Virus record (IMG/VR): IMGVR_UViG_3300008448_000049
Coordinates: 1-64,000 of that record
Length of the DNA: 64,000 nt
Origin: a virus
Reading direction: 5' to 3' (one strand)
In this document: positions 1 to 9,748 of the stretch, in pieces
Layout of the letters: each line of letters starts with the position of its first letter
Numbering within the stretch: the first letter of the stretch is position 1
Program-made: the position numbers and the translations under genes
Notes under the pieces: generated by a model
The model's database searches: none
What the model was told of the DNA's origin: nothing
Seen by the model: the letters and a program-made list of their open reading frames with translations, nothing else

Positions 1-1
1 T

Positions 2-3000
2 GTTGTTAAATGGCAGTCTGTAGAATACCCAACAAATTATTACAGAAATGGTGGTAACAAGACTAACTACATGCGTGATGAGGTTTATCCCTTCTTTATC
101 CGTTGGGTATATGACACCGGAGACAAATCATCAGCATACCATATTCCTGGTAGAGGAGCTATACCATCTGAATTAGCTCCAACAACTTCTAATGCTTTAG
201 AAGATGAAATTAGCGGGCTTATTAATTATAAATGGCTAGTTGAAAATACAGCAATAATTACAGGTTTTCCTAATACTGTATTATCAGATGGAGGTGTAGT
301 TGTTGGTGAAGGTCTTATGGGATACTGGGAATCTACAGAATTATATCCTGATAAGAAACCACAAGTTTGGAATTCAGTGACTAATCCGTTAGGCTTGATT
401 AATAACATTCCTAACACAGGAGGTTTTAACACATCAGTTAATCCTTATGATTTAGTTGCTGCTGGTATTAGTATTCCATTAACCACTTTAGATCTTTGTG
501 GTACACCTATTAGACATCATAGATTTCCTGATCTACCTTTAGGGTCTATACCACCACCAAATCAAGTAGTAGGACCTATAGAATATTTGAATGCAACAAA
601 AGATAAAATAAGAATAATGGGTGTTAAGTTTGAGAATATCAAATACCCATTAATGAATGATGGTGTAACAGCTATACCTGGTGTTGTTGGTTATGAAATA
701 TTAAGAGGTACGCGTAACGGTAATAAAACAATATTAGCCAAAGGTCTCATCTCAAACATGAGAACTTATGATATACCTAACAGTAACATAAATGGTTTAT
801 ACCCTAACTATCCATATAATGATTTATATGATGATCCTTTTTTATCAACCAGTGAAATAACACCTCAGGTTTGTTCTCCTTTTAATGGAACCAATAGCCC
901 ATCTACAAATTATAATGCTGTAGGTTATGGTAATACTTCAAAACAATATCTTACTTTTCACAGCCCTGATACTAATTTTAAAGATCCTTATCTATCAAGT
1001 AGTGAATTAAAACTGCATGGTGAAATGAATGGAGGTGTTATTGGACAATTTCAAAAATCTGAAGAGCATCCTAAACATAAGCTTATAACTAATTTTACAT
1101 TTGTTATATCTGCTATTGCTGGATTAGGTATTGGTCTATTAGCTATGAATGGTAAAAGAAGTGCTAAGTATACTCTACCAACAAGTGTACAAGCGAATGT
1201 GTCACCGGTTGGTCAAGGTAGTATTACTTCACCACTTGATCAATTTGCTCAAATCATAAACTCAATATTTGGACAAATTCAAAGTGTAGCATCTCAAGCA
1301 TTTTGGACAACGGGTGGAATCCGTATACCTTTATTTTTAGCTGGTCAATCTCCATCAAATCTTAATGTTGTTACTACGACTGCTATAGGTTCTCCAGCTT
1401 CAGGAGATGTTGCATTAGGTATTGCTAACTTAATAGGTATTTCTTCACGAGGTGTTCAAAAATATTTAAAAAGCATGGATCAAGAAGATGGTCCGTTAAA
1501 TGCTATGGGATCTGGTATGGGTCTTGCTGGTAATATACCTTTATTTTTAAATTACTGGACTCAAGGTACTGATTCAACTTTAGAGCTTATAAGAACTTTT
1601 GTATCTTATAAAGATTATGCATTAAGATATCAATCACACTGTTATTATGATAGCTATTTACCTCCAGCACCTAGTAGCCAAATAAGATACAGTATAGAAA
1701 ATTCTTTATATATAGGTCCTCAAGTTACAAACTTTGATTTAACAAGTAGAGTTAATAATTTATACAGAGCAAAAACTGTTGGAATTAAATTAGAAATAAA
1801 TTCTTTACAATCAGGACTTGCTCAAGATCCTACACTTGTAGAAAGAACTAGAATATTAGCTACACAATGTTTAGATTTACTTGAAGTAGATCCTACAATA
1901 TCTGGTAATACTACACCTGTACCAAGAGATCCTACAAAAATTGAAATTGGTTTACAAAATAGTTATACCAATTTAGGTAGTGGTGGAACTCCTCAAAGAG
2001 CTTCCTCATTTTATGGATCACTTAAACAACGTATTAGAAATCAGTATGGTCAAATCACAGGTGTAATAATAGTACCTGCTTCTTATTGCTCTTTCCCTGC
2101 TCCTGCCAGAAATCCATTGGGATCAACAACTTCATCAGATGTTGTATTTGGAGGAGATACTTATATAGGAAGATACACGGAGAAGAATACATTTTATTAT
2201 TTCTTTAATTGGTTATATGGTCAGCCTGATGGTGCTCAATTTGATTATACAAGAAATCAAATGGTAGCGTGGCCTAGATTTTGGGGGAACTTTAATCAGT
2301 TTGAAACCGGAGATTTTATGTCTTCATTAGGTTCAGCTTTAGGTAGTGCTTCATTTTCTAATAATTTAGTTTTACCAAGTAGTTTTTACAGTTTAGACGG
2401 TGACTCTTGTCCACCATTGCCTTTTAGTGTTTCTTCTGCGTTTAATAATTTCAGATTATCAATTAAAAATGCTTGGTTTTATTTATTTAATTCAGGAGTT
2501 AAAGACTTTTATGTTGAGTCAGATTATAATATTGATTTAAGAGATTGGGGAGAAACAATAGAGCAACAACATTATGATCCATATAGATTTACTGATTTAA
2601 AATCAATGTTTAGCACTGATGTTATTAAAGCAGGTAACTATTATAAGTATGATGACTCTTTAAGTATTTCTAAAATATTTTTAAATTATGTTAGCTGGGC
2701 TACAACTCAAAGATATAATTATGATCCTTTTTTAGCAGAGACCTGTTATGTGTATAAAGATTCTCGCGTAATTTATTCTTTACCTGTACAGTATGAAAAT
2801 TTACATGATTACTGGAGAGACTTCTTACCAAATAACTATTATGACTTTGATTCTATAGTAACCAATGTTAAGAATATAAACAAGAGTGGAGCTATGTTCT
2901 TCTTTGACTCACAAAGTCCTATAATGTTTCAAGGTCTTGATCAGTTACAAACAGGAACTGGTACTGCACTTACTATTGGTGATGGTCAGTTATTTTCACA

Positions 3001-4156
3001 ACCACAACAAGCAATTGTAAATGCTGATAGACCTTATGAGTATGCCTCATGTCAGGATAGACTGAGTGTAATTAATACTCCGATCGGGCCATACTGGATG
3101 AGTCAAAATCAAGGAAAGATATTTAGTTACTCTGGCGGATTAACTGAAATATCCATGCAAGATTTAAAATGGTGGTTGATTATGTACCTGCCTTATAAGC
3201 TTACAGAAACATATCCAAATTTTGAGTTAACTGACAATCCTGTAATTGGTATAGGCTGTCAATCAATGTTTGATAATCAGAATGGTTTAATCTATTTTAC
3301 CAAAAAAGATTATGTTGTTAAAACAGATTTACCTGCAGGAACTACCTTGGATTATGTAACTTCAAATATATTCAACGTGCTTAATAATGATCGAGTATCA
3401 TTCCAAGTGTTACTAGGAGATGAGAGATTTTTTGAAGACGCGTCTTGGACAATAAGCTATGATCCTAAAACTAAGAACTGGATATCTTACCATGACTGGC
3501 ACCCTAGCTTAATGATGCCAGGTAAAAACACTTTCCTTACAGTTAAAGATTCAGGTATATGGATTCATAATTCTGTAACAGCTAATACCTATTGTAACTT
3601 CTATGGTAAAGATTATCCATTTGAAGTTGAGTATATGGTTGACACAGTACAGACAATAAACACTGTAAGAAGTATTGAGTACCAACTTGAGTGTTTCAAA
3701 TATGCACCTAACAACTATGACCGGTTCCATGTATTAGATTTTAACTTTGATCAAGCTGTGGTTTATAATACAGAGCAGGTCTCAGGTATGTTAAACTTAA
3801 ACCTTGCTCCCAAGAATAAGCCAATGGAGATGATCAAGTATCCAATCATACATTTAAACATGATTGATATACTTTACTCAAAGGTTGAGAACAAGTACAG
3901 ATTCAACCAGTTCTGGGATATCACAGATAACAGAGGTGAATATAATCCTAATGCTCAACGTATGATTTGGAACACAGGAGCAAATGGTTATAACAGAACT
4001 CTGAACCCTAACAACTTAAATTACAACAAGCCTTCATTCCAAAGAAAGAAATTCAGACATTACACCAACACAGTGTTCTTAAGAAAAAAAGTTTGTGGTG
4101 ATAAAAAAATGCTTGTAATATTGACAAATAATAAAGAACTTTACTCTCCAAGATAA
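2..4156 (+). CDS. Tail muzzle / phage stabilisation protein (crAss-like), 5'-truncated by the window edge
   Basis: The frame of the 71..4156 ORF is open back to base 2 (VVKWQSVEYPTNYYRNGGNKTNYMRDEVY). Motifs YMRDEVY..W..G.KSSAYHIPGR, GYEILRG.R.GNKTILAKG, FHSPD, FGGDTYI.R, WTISY....WISYHDW.P and FD.AVVYN.EQ.SG.L.L resemble crAss-like stabilisation/muzzle proteins. It lies upstream of the cargo genes. Confidence 0.75.
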   Translation, partial: VVKWQSVEYPTNYYRNGGNKTNYMRDEVYPFFIRWVYDTGDKSSAYHIPGRGAIPSELAPTTSNALEDEISGLINYKWLVENTAIITGFPNTVLSDGGVVVGEGLMGYWESTELYPDKKPQVWNSVTNPLGLINNIPNTGGFNTSVNPYDLVAAGISIPLTTLDLCGTPIRHHRFPDLPLGSIPPPNQVVGPIEYLNATKDKIRIMGVKFENIKYPLMNDGVTAIPGVVGYEILRGTRNGNKTILAKGLISNMRTYDIPNSNINGLYPNYPYNDLYDDPFLSTSEITPQVCSPFNGTNSPSTNYNAVGYGNTSKQYLTFHSPDTNFKDPYLSSSELKLHGEMNGGVIGQFQKSEEHPKHKLITNFTFVISAIAGLGIGLLAMNGKRSAKYTLPTSVQANVSPVGQGSITSPLDQFAQIINSIFGQIQSVASQAFWTTGGIRIPLFLAGQSPSNLNVVTTTAIGSPASGDVALGIANLIGISSRGVQKYLKSMDQEDGPLNAMGSGMGLAGNIPLFLNYWTQGTDSTLELIRTFVSYKDYALRYQSHCYYDSYLPPAPSSQIRYSIENSLYIGPQVTNFDLTSRVNNLYRAKTVGIKLEINSLQSGLAQDPTLVERTRILATQCLDLLEVDPTISGNTTPVPRDPTKIEIGLQNSYTNLGSGGTPQRASSFYGSLKQRIRNQYGQITGVIIVPASYCSFPAPARNPLGSTTSSDVVFGGDTYIGRYTEKNTFYYFFNWLYGQPDGAQFDYTRNQMVAWPRFWGNFNQFETGDFMSSLGSALGSASFSNNLVLPSSFYSLDGDSCPPLPFSVSSAFNNFRLSIKNAWFYLFNSGVKDFYVESDYNIDLRDWGETIEQQHYDPYRFTDLKSMFSTDVIKAGNYYKYDDSLSISKIFLNYVSWATTQRYNYDPFLAETCYVYKDSRVIYSLPVQYENLHDYWRDFLPNNYYDFDSIVTNVKNINKSGAMFFFDSQSPIMFQGLDQLQTGTGTALTIGDGQLFSQPQQAIVNADRPYEYASCQDRLSVINTPIGPYWMSQNQGKIFSYSGGLTEISMQDLKWWLIMYLPYKLTETYPNFELTDNPVIGIGCQSMFDNQNGLIYFTKKDYVVKTDLPAGTTLDYVTSNIFNVLNNDRVSFQVLLGDERFFEDASWTISYDPKTKNWISYHDWHPSLMMPGKNTFLTVKDSGIWIHNSVTANTYCNFYGKDYPFEVEYMVDTVQTINTVRSIEYQLECFKYAPNNYDRFHVLDFNFDQAVVYNTEQVSGMLNLNLAPKNKPMEMIKYPIIHLNMIDILYSKVENKYRFNQFWDITDNRGEYNPNAQRMIWNTGANGYNRTLNPNNLNYNKPSFQRKKFRHYTNTVFLRKKVCGDKKMLVILTNNKELYSPR

Positions 4157-6978
4157 TGGGCAATTCAAATACTTTTTCCAGAGACGTTAGAGCAGCTAAA
4201 TCTAACAAGGGTGTAGCAAAACCTAAAGATAAAATTATTGGTAGGTCTTCAACAGAAGACTGGCTAGATGCTTTTGATGATGACTTAAGTATGATGGGTT
4301 ATAGAGATGACTCACCATACAGAGAGAGAAGCTCAATTGACATTCATACTCCAAACGGTATGATTGATATGTCACAGACTGGAATACCTTTGATGGCCAA
4401 CGGGCAGTACTTACCACCTTACTCCGGTATCCATAATATGGGTACACCTTATGTAAGAGAAGAACGTATGGCTAAGTATGGAGGATGGTTAGATGAGTAT
4501 CAAGTTGGTGGCAGATTTGGAGACCTAAGACCTACTCAAGATAATACTAGAGTAGTTATACCTAACCTTCCTAAAAAGCCTTTAACAAAAGCTGAGCAAC
4601 AAGAAGCAAAACAATATGCTGTAAAGCAAGCTTCTAGAGATTTACAAAAGGCTAATGAGAAGTTAGCTAAGATTCAAAGAATAAGAGCTTCTGATAAAGC
4701 TCAAAAAGAACAAGGCTTTCCTACAACTAGACAAGAATGGGCTGATCAAACTCAAGCTACGGGTGACAAGTTAAGTTTACAAAACTTACCTGGTATTGGA
4801 CAGTATGTACCAGACATTTTAGATGTTACCGGAGGAATAGGTAGTATGGCATCTTCTTTAGGTTCTGCTCCACTAAGAGCACAACAAGAAGATTCTTACA
4901 TGCCTTATCTTAAAGCTATAGGTGCTCCATTATTTCAAGGAGCTCTGGCTGGTGTTGGTGCTAAAAATACAGGTCAGTTTTTAAACAATGTTTTTAATCC
5001 TTTTGCAGGAATGAGTTTAAAAGGCTTACGCGGAAAACCTGTACAGAATGCAGAGTTTGATCCTAATCATTATGAATTCTCAAATCCTGAGATGACTGAC
5101 TACTTTGCTCAACAACCTAAAAGAGATTTAGCTGAAGCAAGGATTTATGAAAAGAAAGCAGCTGAAGACGAACAGTGGTTACAACAACTTGAACAAGATC
5201 GTTTAGATGCTTTAGCTAGTCAATATAGTGATGATGAACTTGAAGGTGGTATAGAACTTTTTGGTGACAGTGATGATTTCTTTGGCGCATACAGAGATGC
5301 TGTTGGTACACAACCACCTTCTAATATACCAAACACTACAGAAGGTATACGCGAACAAGCTATGGCTAATTTAGTTCAAAGAGATATGCCTAATATTCAA
5401 CCGTTGAATATTACACCTCCTTCTTCAATACCTCCTCCACCAACATATGAACAATATCTTGATAATGCTTCATATATAGGTACAACACCGCTATCACGTG
5501 AACAGTATGAGTATATAAATAATACACCAACACCTCCTTTACAATCAACTCCACCACGATATGAGTCAACTTGGGGAACAGATCAATGGGGTAATTCTAA
5601 TGAACCTGATTGGATAAGAAACGCTCCAGGATTATTTGGTACACCACAAACATCACCTACAGGTGGTTATCAAAGTGGGTCATATGTTGGTACTACACCA
5701 AACGTACAACCAACACCTAGAATTATTGGTCAAATAGATCTTAGTGGAATAACCAGACTTAGAGATGGAATTAGAACATCCCGACAAGCAGCTTCTGCAC
5801 CAGTAGGTTATTCACAAACTGATATAGATGAAGCAAGGAGAGTTTATTGGGATAACAGTAACCCGTTTGCAGGACCTTCTCCAGAACAAGTTACTCTTTT
5901 AGAAAAGCATGGTTATGGTAGTCGGCCAGATCCTTGGGATGAGATTACTGAAAACTTAAAACAAAGTAAAGAGAGTACTGATATACTCAGTGATATTAAA
6001 AAACAATTAGAAAAAGATAAAACTGTAACTGGTAGAATTAACTACAGTGATGTTGCTAATACAACAAATCAAACACTTATAGATAAAAGTGCTATACCTT
6101 CTTCTGATAACCTAAATAGTCTTATTGAAGGTTTTGAAAAAGTAATTAGTAATACACCTCAAAATCATAAATTAAGACAGAAACTTATTACACAACTTGA
6201 AGACTTAAAAGCTACAAAGTGGTTAAGAGAAGAATATACTAAAGAGGTTAAAACAAAAGGGGGAAAGGCTAAAGAAAACTTATCTATTGTTTCAAGTAAT
6301 CCTGAAAGCAGTTATAGTCTAAAACATTTAGTTGATCAAGACGGTAACATTCTAGGAAGTATTGATATAGACAGTAAAGGATATGTTGGAAGTTCTGGAC
6401 TTGCTCATAAATATCACGGTGTTAATTTTGATAGATTAAACCTTGAAAATACAGATGCTGCTCAAACATTTCTTGAACAAAGATTATTAAAAAGAAATGA
6501 AGAAGCTCTTCAGAATTCATTAGACAGAGGTCTGTTTAATGCAAATGATTTTGAAAGATATAAAATTGGTACTCAAGAAGCTGCTAAAAAAGAAGCTTCT
6601 GAAATCATGAAAAGATTACAAGAGAACAATGATAATAAATTTGGTGAAGCTTTGTATAGAGGTATTCACCATGGTATTAAAGATACTAGAGGTGGTCTTA
6701 AATCAGATAAACATTTTGTAGAAACAGTTCTTGAAAATCCTATAACTGGCATTGATGAAAGAGCTAGACGTGGTCAATTAGGTTGGCAAAACTGGGCTAA
6801 AACTAAAGGTAAAAATAATACACCTATTGATCCAAAAGCAATAGATGAAGTTGATGCTAATGGAAGGGAACAATTCAGAATGATAAGAAGCTTATTCCCA
6901 TATCTTGGAGCAGGTTATCTGGGATCAAAAGCTTTAGAAGAACAAAAGTACGGAGGGTGGCTAGACAGCTATAAATAA
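4156..6978 (+). CDS. Putative virion protein, Pro/Gln/Thr-rich, with KYGGWLD repeated near the N-terminus and at the C-terminus
   Basis: 940-aa ORF, TAATG-coupled to the muzzle gene, in a structural-gene context. Confidence 0.6.
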   Translation: MGNSNTFSRDVRAAKSNKGVAKPKDKIIGRSSTEDWLDAFDDDLSMMGYRDDSPYRERSSIDIHTPNGMIDMSQTGIPLMANGQYLPPYSGIHNMGTPYVREERMAKYGGWLDEYQVGGRFGDLRPTQDNTRVVIPNLPKKPLTKAEQQEAKQYAVKQASRDLQKANEKLAKIQRIRASDKAQKEQGFPTTRQEWADQTQATGDKLSLQNLPGIGQYVPDILDVTGGIGSMASSLGSAPLRAQQEDSYMPYLKAIGAPLFQGALAGVGAKNTGQFLNNVFNPFAGMSLKGLRGKPVQNAEFDPNHYEFSNPEMTDYFAQQPKRDLAEARIYEKKAAEDEQWLQQLEQDRLDALASQYSDDELEGGIELFGDSDDFFGAYRDAVGTQPPSNIPNTTEGIREQAMANLVQRDMPNIQPLNITPPSSIPPPPTYEQYLDNASYIGTTPLSREQYEYINNTPTPPLQSTPPRYESTWGTDQWGNSNEPDWIRNAPGLFGTPQTSPTGGYQSGSYVGTTPNVQPTPRIIGQIDLSGITRLRDGIRTSRQAASAPVGYSQTDIDEARRVYWDNSNPFAGPSPEQVTLLEKHGYGSRPDPWDEITENLKQSKESTDILSDIKKQLEKDKTVTGRINYSDVANTTNQTLIDKSAIPSSDNLNSLIEGFEKVISNTPQNHKLRQKLITQLEDLKATKWLREEYTKEVKTKGGKAKENLSIVSSNPESSYSLKHLVDQDGNILGSIDIDSKGYVGSSGLAHKYHGVNFDRLNLENTDAAQTFLEQRLLKRNEEALQNSLDRGLFNANDFERYKIGTQEAAKKEASEIMKRLQENNDNKFGEALYRGIHHGIKDTRGGLKSDKHFVETVLENPITGIDERARRGQLGWQNWAKTKGKNNTPIDPKAIDEVDANGREQFRMIRSLFPYLGAGYLGSKALEEQKYGGWLDSYK

Positions 6979-6986
6979 TAACCAAA

Positions 6987-7023
6987 TAAACATTATAAGT
7001 TTAAATAATTTTTTGTATATTAA
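6987..7023 (+). promoter_or_regulatory. Candidate late promoter: TAAAC-N7-GTTTA palindrome plus TATATTAA box
   Basis: TAAAC 6987-6991, GTTTA 6999-7003, TATATTAA 7016-7023. Same motif and spacing as at 62214-62250. Confidence 0.5.
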
Positions 7024-7041
7024 CAGCATAAAACAACTACA

Positions 7042-9741
7042 ATGAACGCAGCACAAATGTTGGCCGCAGCAGGTGAGCCTAATACCACAGCAGGAAGAGC
7101 AAAATTCCATCAAAGATTTACAAGTAAAGCAGCATTTGATGCTTGGTATAATTCAAAAAAAGAATACGGCGGAGGCCTTACTGATGGGATAGCATTTCCG
7201 CAACAACCTGATGCGTCATCTAATAAAGCGCCGTATTACGAGAAGGGTGGTTTCTTTGCTCCTAATGTAATGCCATGGAATGGACCAATAGGTTTTTATG
7301 AGCATGGTGGTATGACAGATGAAATAGCATTTCCTCAACAACCAACGGAGCGTATTAATTTTAGTGCCTTCCCTTGGCAACCTAAATATGATATGGGAGG
7401 ATTACCTGGTGGTTCTAATGACATGCCTTGTTTAGAGTGTGGTGGTAATATGGCTTATGGTGGTTATATGCAACCTGGTGGTTATGTACAAGAACCTGAT
7501 GCTGATGCTTATTTTGCTGCTCAAGATGCTGCTGCAAATTATCCAGCTCAAGGTACTAATATAAATTATGATTATTCTAAAGTAACTAATCCTAATACAG
7601 CTTTATTAAATAATTATACTGCTGATGAGTTAAATATGATGGGTGCAAATCTTCCTGTAGCTAATCCAGTACAAGATGCTAGGTTTAAAAAAATAAATGA
7701 TTATAATAAAGAACATCCAATTATTCCAGCTGGTGGTGGTTTGTTTAAATATTCAAGCCCAAAAAGTGGTCAAGAAGGTGAAAGGCTTCAATATGCAAAT
7801 GGTAAATATCAACTTTATACACCACCTCCTAATCAACCATTAGTTCATAATGCTTATGGTGGAGGTTTAAAAAAATATCAAGGAGATAAACAAGGAAGTC
7901 AAGTCAATCCTTGGCAAACACCTGGTTCAACTCATCCTGATGATCCTAATTTTATACATTCTACAACTCCTGGTTCTACAAGATGGGTAACTAAAGAAGG
8001 AAAAACACCATTTCAAGAACTTCTTAGCAAACCTAAAATGTATGGTAGTGGTAAATGGACAGGTCAAGATACTTTAATACATAATGATCCTAGACTTTTT
8101 GATATTGAAAAAGCTATTTCAGAAAAACCAGAATATAAATCAGGTTATTGGGGAGCTCCTATACTAAGAGATTTAGATGAAGGAGACAGAGCTAAAGCTT
8201 ATGAAATGACTTATGGTGCACCTAATAGTTTAATAAATAGAACCGGTACAGCAAAAGGAACTACCCCTGATCCATATGATCAAATGTATTATGATGCTAT
8301 TAAAGGAAATGATAGTGGTACAGCTAAACCTGTTTCAAAAGAATTAGAACAAAAATTAAGATATTATTCTAAAGCTAAAAAATATGGTGGTTATATGCAA
8401 ACAGGTGGTACAACAGAAATGGATCAAGGTCAGTATACAAATGGAATGGCTCAAGATTATATGAAGAGTCTTGCTGATTTTAACATGTCTGCTCAACCTA
8501 TGCCAATGGGCAATGTACAAGAAGCTGGTTATGCTAATTACGGTACTGAAGTTAATAATAACTTTAATACTCTTGACATGAATGCTGTTGATCAAATGTC
8601 ATCAATGCAAGATAGAATTGATGCTCTTAAAAATAAACAAACAAGTATTTTTGACTTAGGAAGAAACATGACTAATATAGGTAGTTCTATTTATCAAAAG
8701 CCTATGTCTTATAAAACTAAAACTGTTGGATCAGGTATGATGGGACCTGCAGCTTCTCCAGTTGGTACATCTAATAACTGGGCAGATACTCGTTCTAACA
8801 TGGCAGCTAAACAAGCTGCAGGTAATATGTTTAAAGAATATGGTGGTGACTTTTTTCAAAATGGCGGATCTGAAAATAAAATGAATTACCAAAACCGAGT
8901 TCAAGATATTTTAATGAAAGGTCAAGCTCGTCCTACTTTTGGACAAAGTAGTGCTCAATCTTATAAAGGTAATGCAGCTCAAGCAGCTGCAAATACTCAA
9001 GGTGTTCAAAACATGACTCAGTTACCACAATCAAGTCAGGGAAAATATACACCGGAGCAAATTGCAGCATTTCAACAAATGATGCAAAGTTTCTATAATC
9101 AAAATGCTTACGCTCCTAGTTATCAAGCTTATGATCCAAAAGGTCAGTTTCCTATGTCACAGTTTTTAAATAATAGTGCTTTAAAAGATATAGCTTGGAA
9201 AGGTTATGGAAGAAAAGGTAAAGCTACCTTCAGAACAGTGTATGATCCTAGTACTGGTAAAACAGTACAAATACCTACAGACCAAAGTAAACAGGCTAGA
9301 AATTATGATTCTACAAAAACTGGTCAAGAAGCTAAAGGTCCAGGCTTTATTAAAAACTTAATAGCTAAAAACAAACAACGTAAGGCTGGTAAGCAAGCAA
9401 CTAAAGATAACACACAACCTCCAACTACTAATCAACAAGCATTTACTAGTGGTTATCCTTCTGTTCATATAGCTCCTACAAATCCTAATTCTATTTTTCC
9501 ACAAAAGTATCCTGCAAGTCCTTATGATGCTAATATGCCTCAACATTTTTTACCAACCTCTAATATGAATCCTGCTGGATTTCCTGTTTGGAATAATGTT
9601 AATTTAGAACCTGCTAAAGGTTATGGTCCAGGGTTAGCTTTTGGAGGAACGCCTTATGAAGAAGGTGCTGAATTAGAAATGGATGAAGAAGCTATTGCAA
9701 ATTACTTAGCAATGGGTGGTACACTAGAATACTTAGACTAA
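7042..9741 (+). CDS. Putative virion/internal protein, low complexity, with many xxxGG motifs
   Basis: 899-aa ORF rich in G/Q/M/P/Y, with about 13 xxxGG motifs and a duplicated TD.IAFPQQP. Confidence 0.6.
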   Translation: MNAAQMLAAAGEPNTTAGRAKFHQRFTSKAAFDAWYNSKKEYGGGLTDGIAFPQQPDASSNKAPYYEKGGFFAPNVMPWNGPIGFYEHGGMTDEIAFPQQPTERINFSAFPWQPKYDMGGLPGGSNDMPCLECGGNMAYGGYMQPGGYVQEPDADAYFAAQDAAANYPAQGTNINYDYSKVTNPNTALLNNYTADELNMMGANLPVANPVQDARFKKINDYNKEHPIIPAGGGLFKYSSPKSGQEGERLQYANGKYQLYTPPPNQPLVHNAYGGGLKKYQGDKQGSQVNPWQTPGSTHPDDPNFIHSTTPGSTRWVTKEGKTPFQELLSKPKMYGSGKWTGQDTLIHNDPRLFDIEKAISEKPEYKSGYWGAPILRDLDEGDRAKAYEMTYGAPNSLINRTGTAKGTTPDPYDQMYYDAIKGNDSGTAKPVSKELEQKLRYYSKAKKYGGYMQTGGTTEMDQGQYTNGMAQDYMKSLADFNMSAQPMPMGNVQEAGYANYGTEVNNNFNTLDMNAVDQMSSMQDRIDALKNKQTSIFDLGRNMTNIGSSIYQKPMSYKTKTVGSGMMGPAASPVGTSNNWADTRSNMAAKQAAGNMFKEYGGDFFQNGGSENKMNYQNRVQDILMKGQARPTFGQSSAQSYKGNAAQAAANTQGVQNMTQLPQSSQGKYTPEQIAAFQQMMQSFYNQNAYAPSYQAYDPKGQFPMSQFLNNSALKDIAWKGYGRKGKATFRTVYDPSTGKTVQIPTDQSKQARNYDSTKTGQEAKGPGFIKNLIAKNKQRKAGKQATKDNTQPPTTNQQAFTSGYPSVHIAPTNPNSIFPQKYPASPYDANMPQHFLPTSNMNPAGFPVWNNVNLEPAKGYGPGLAFGGTPYEEGAELEMDEEAIANYLAMGGTLEYLD

Positions 9742-9748
9742 TTAGAAC

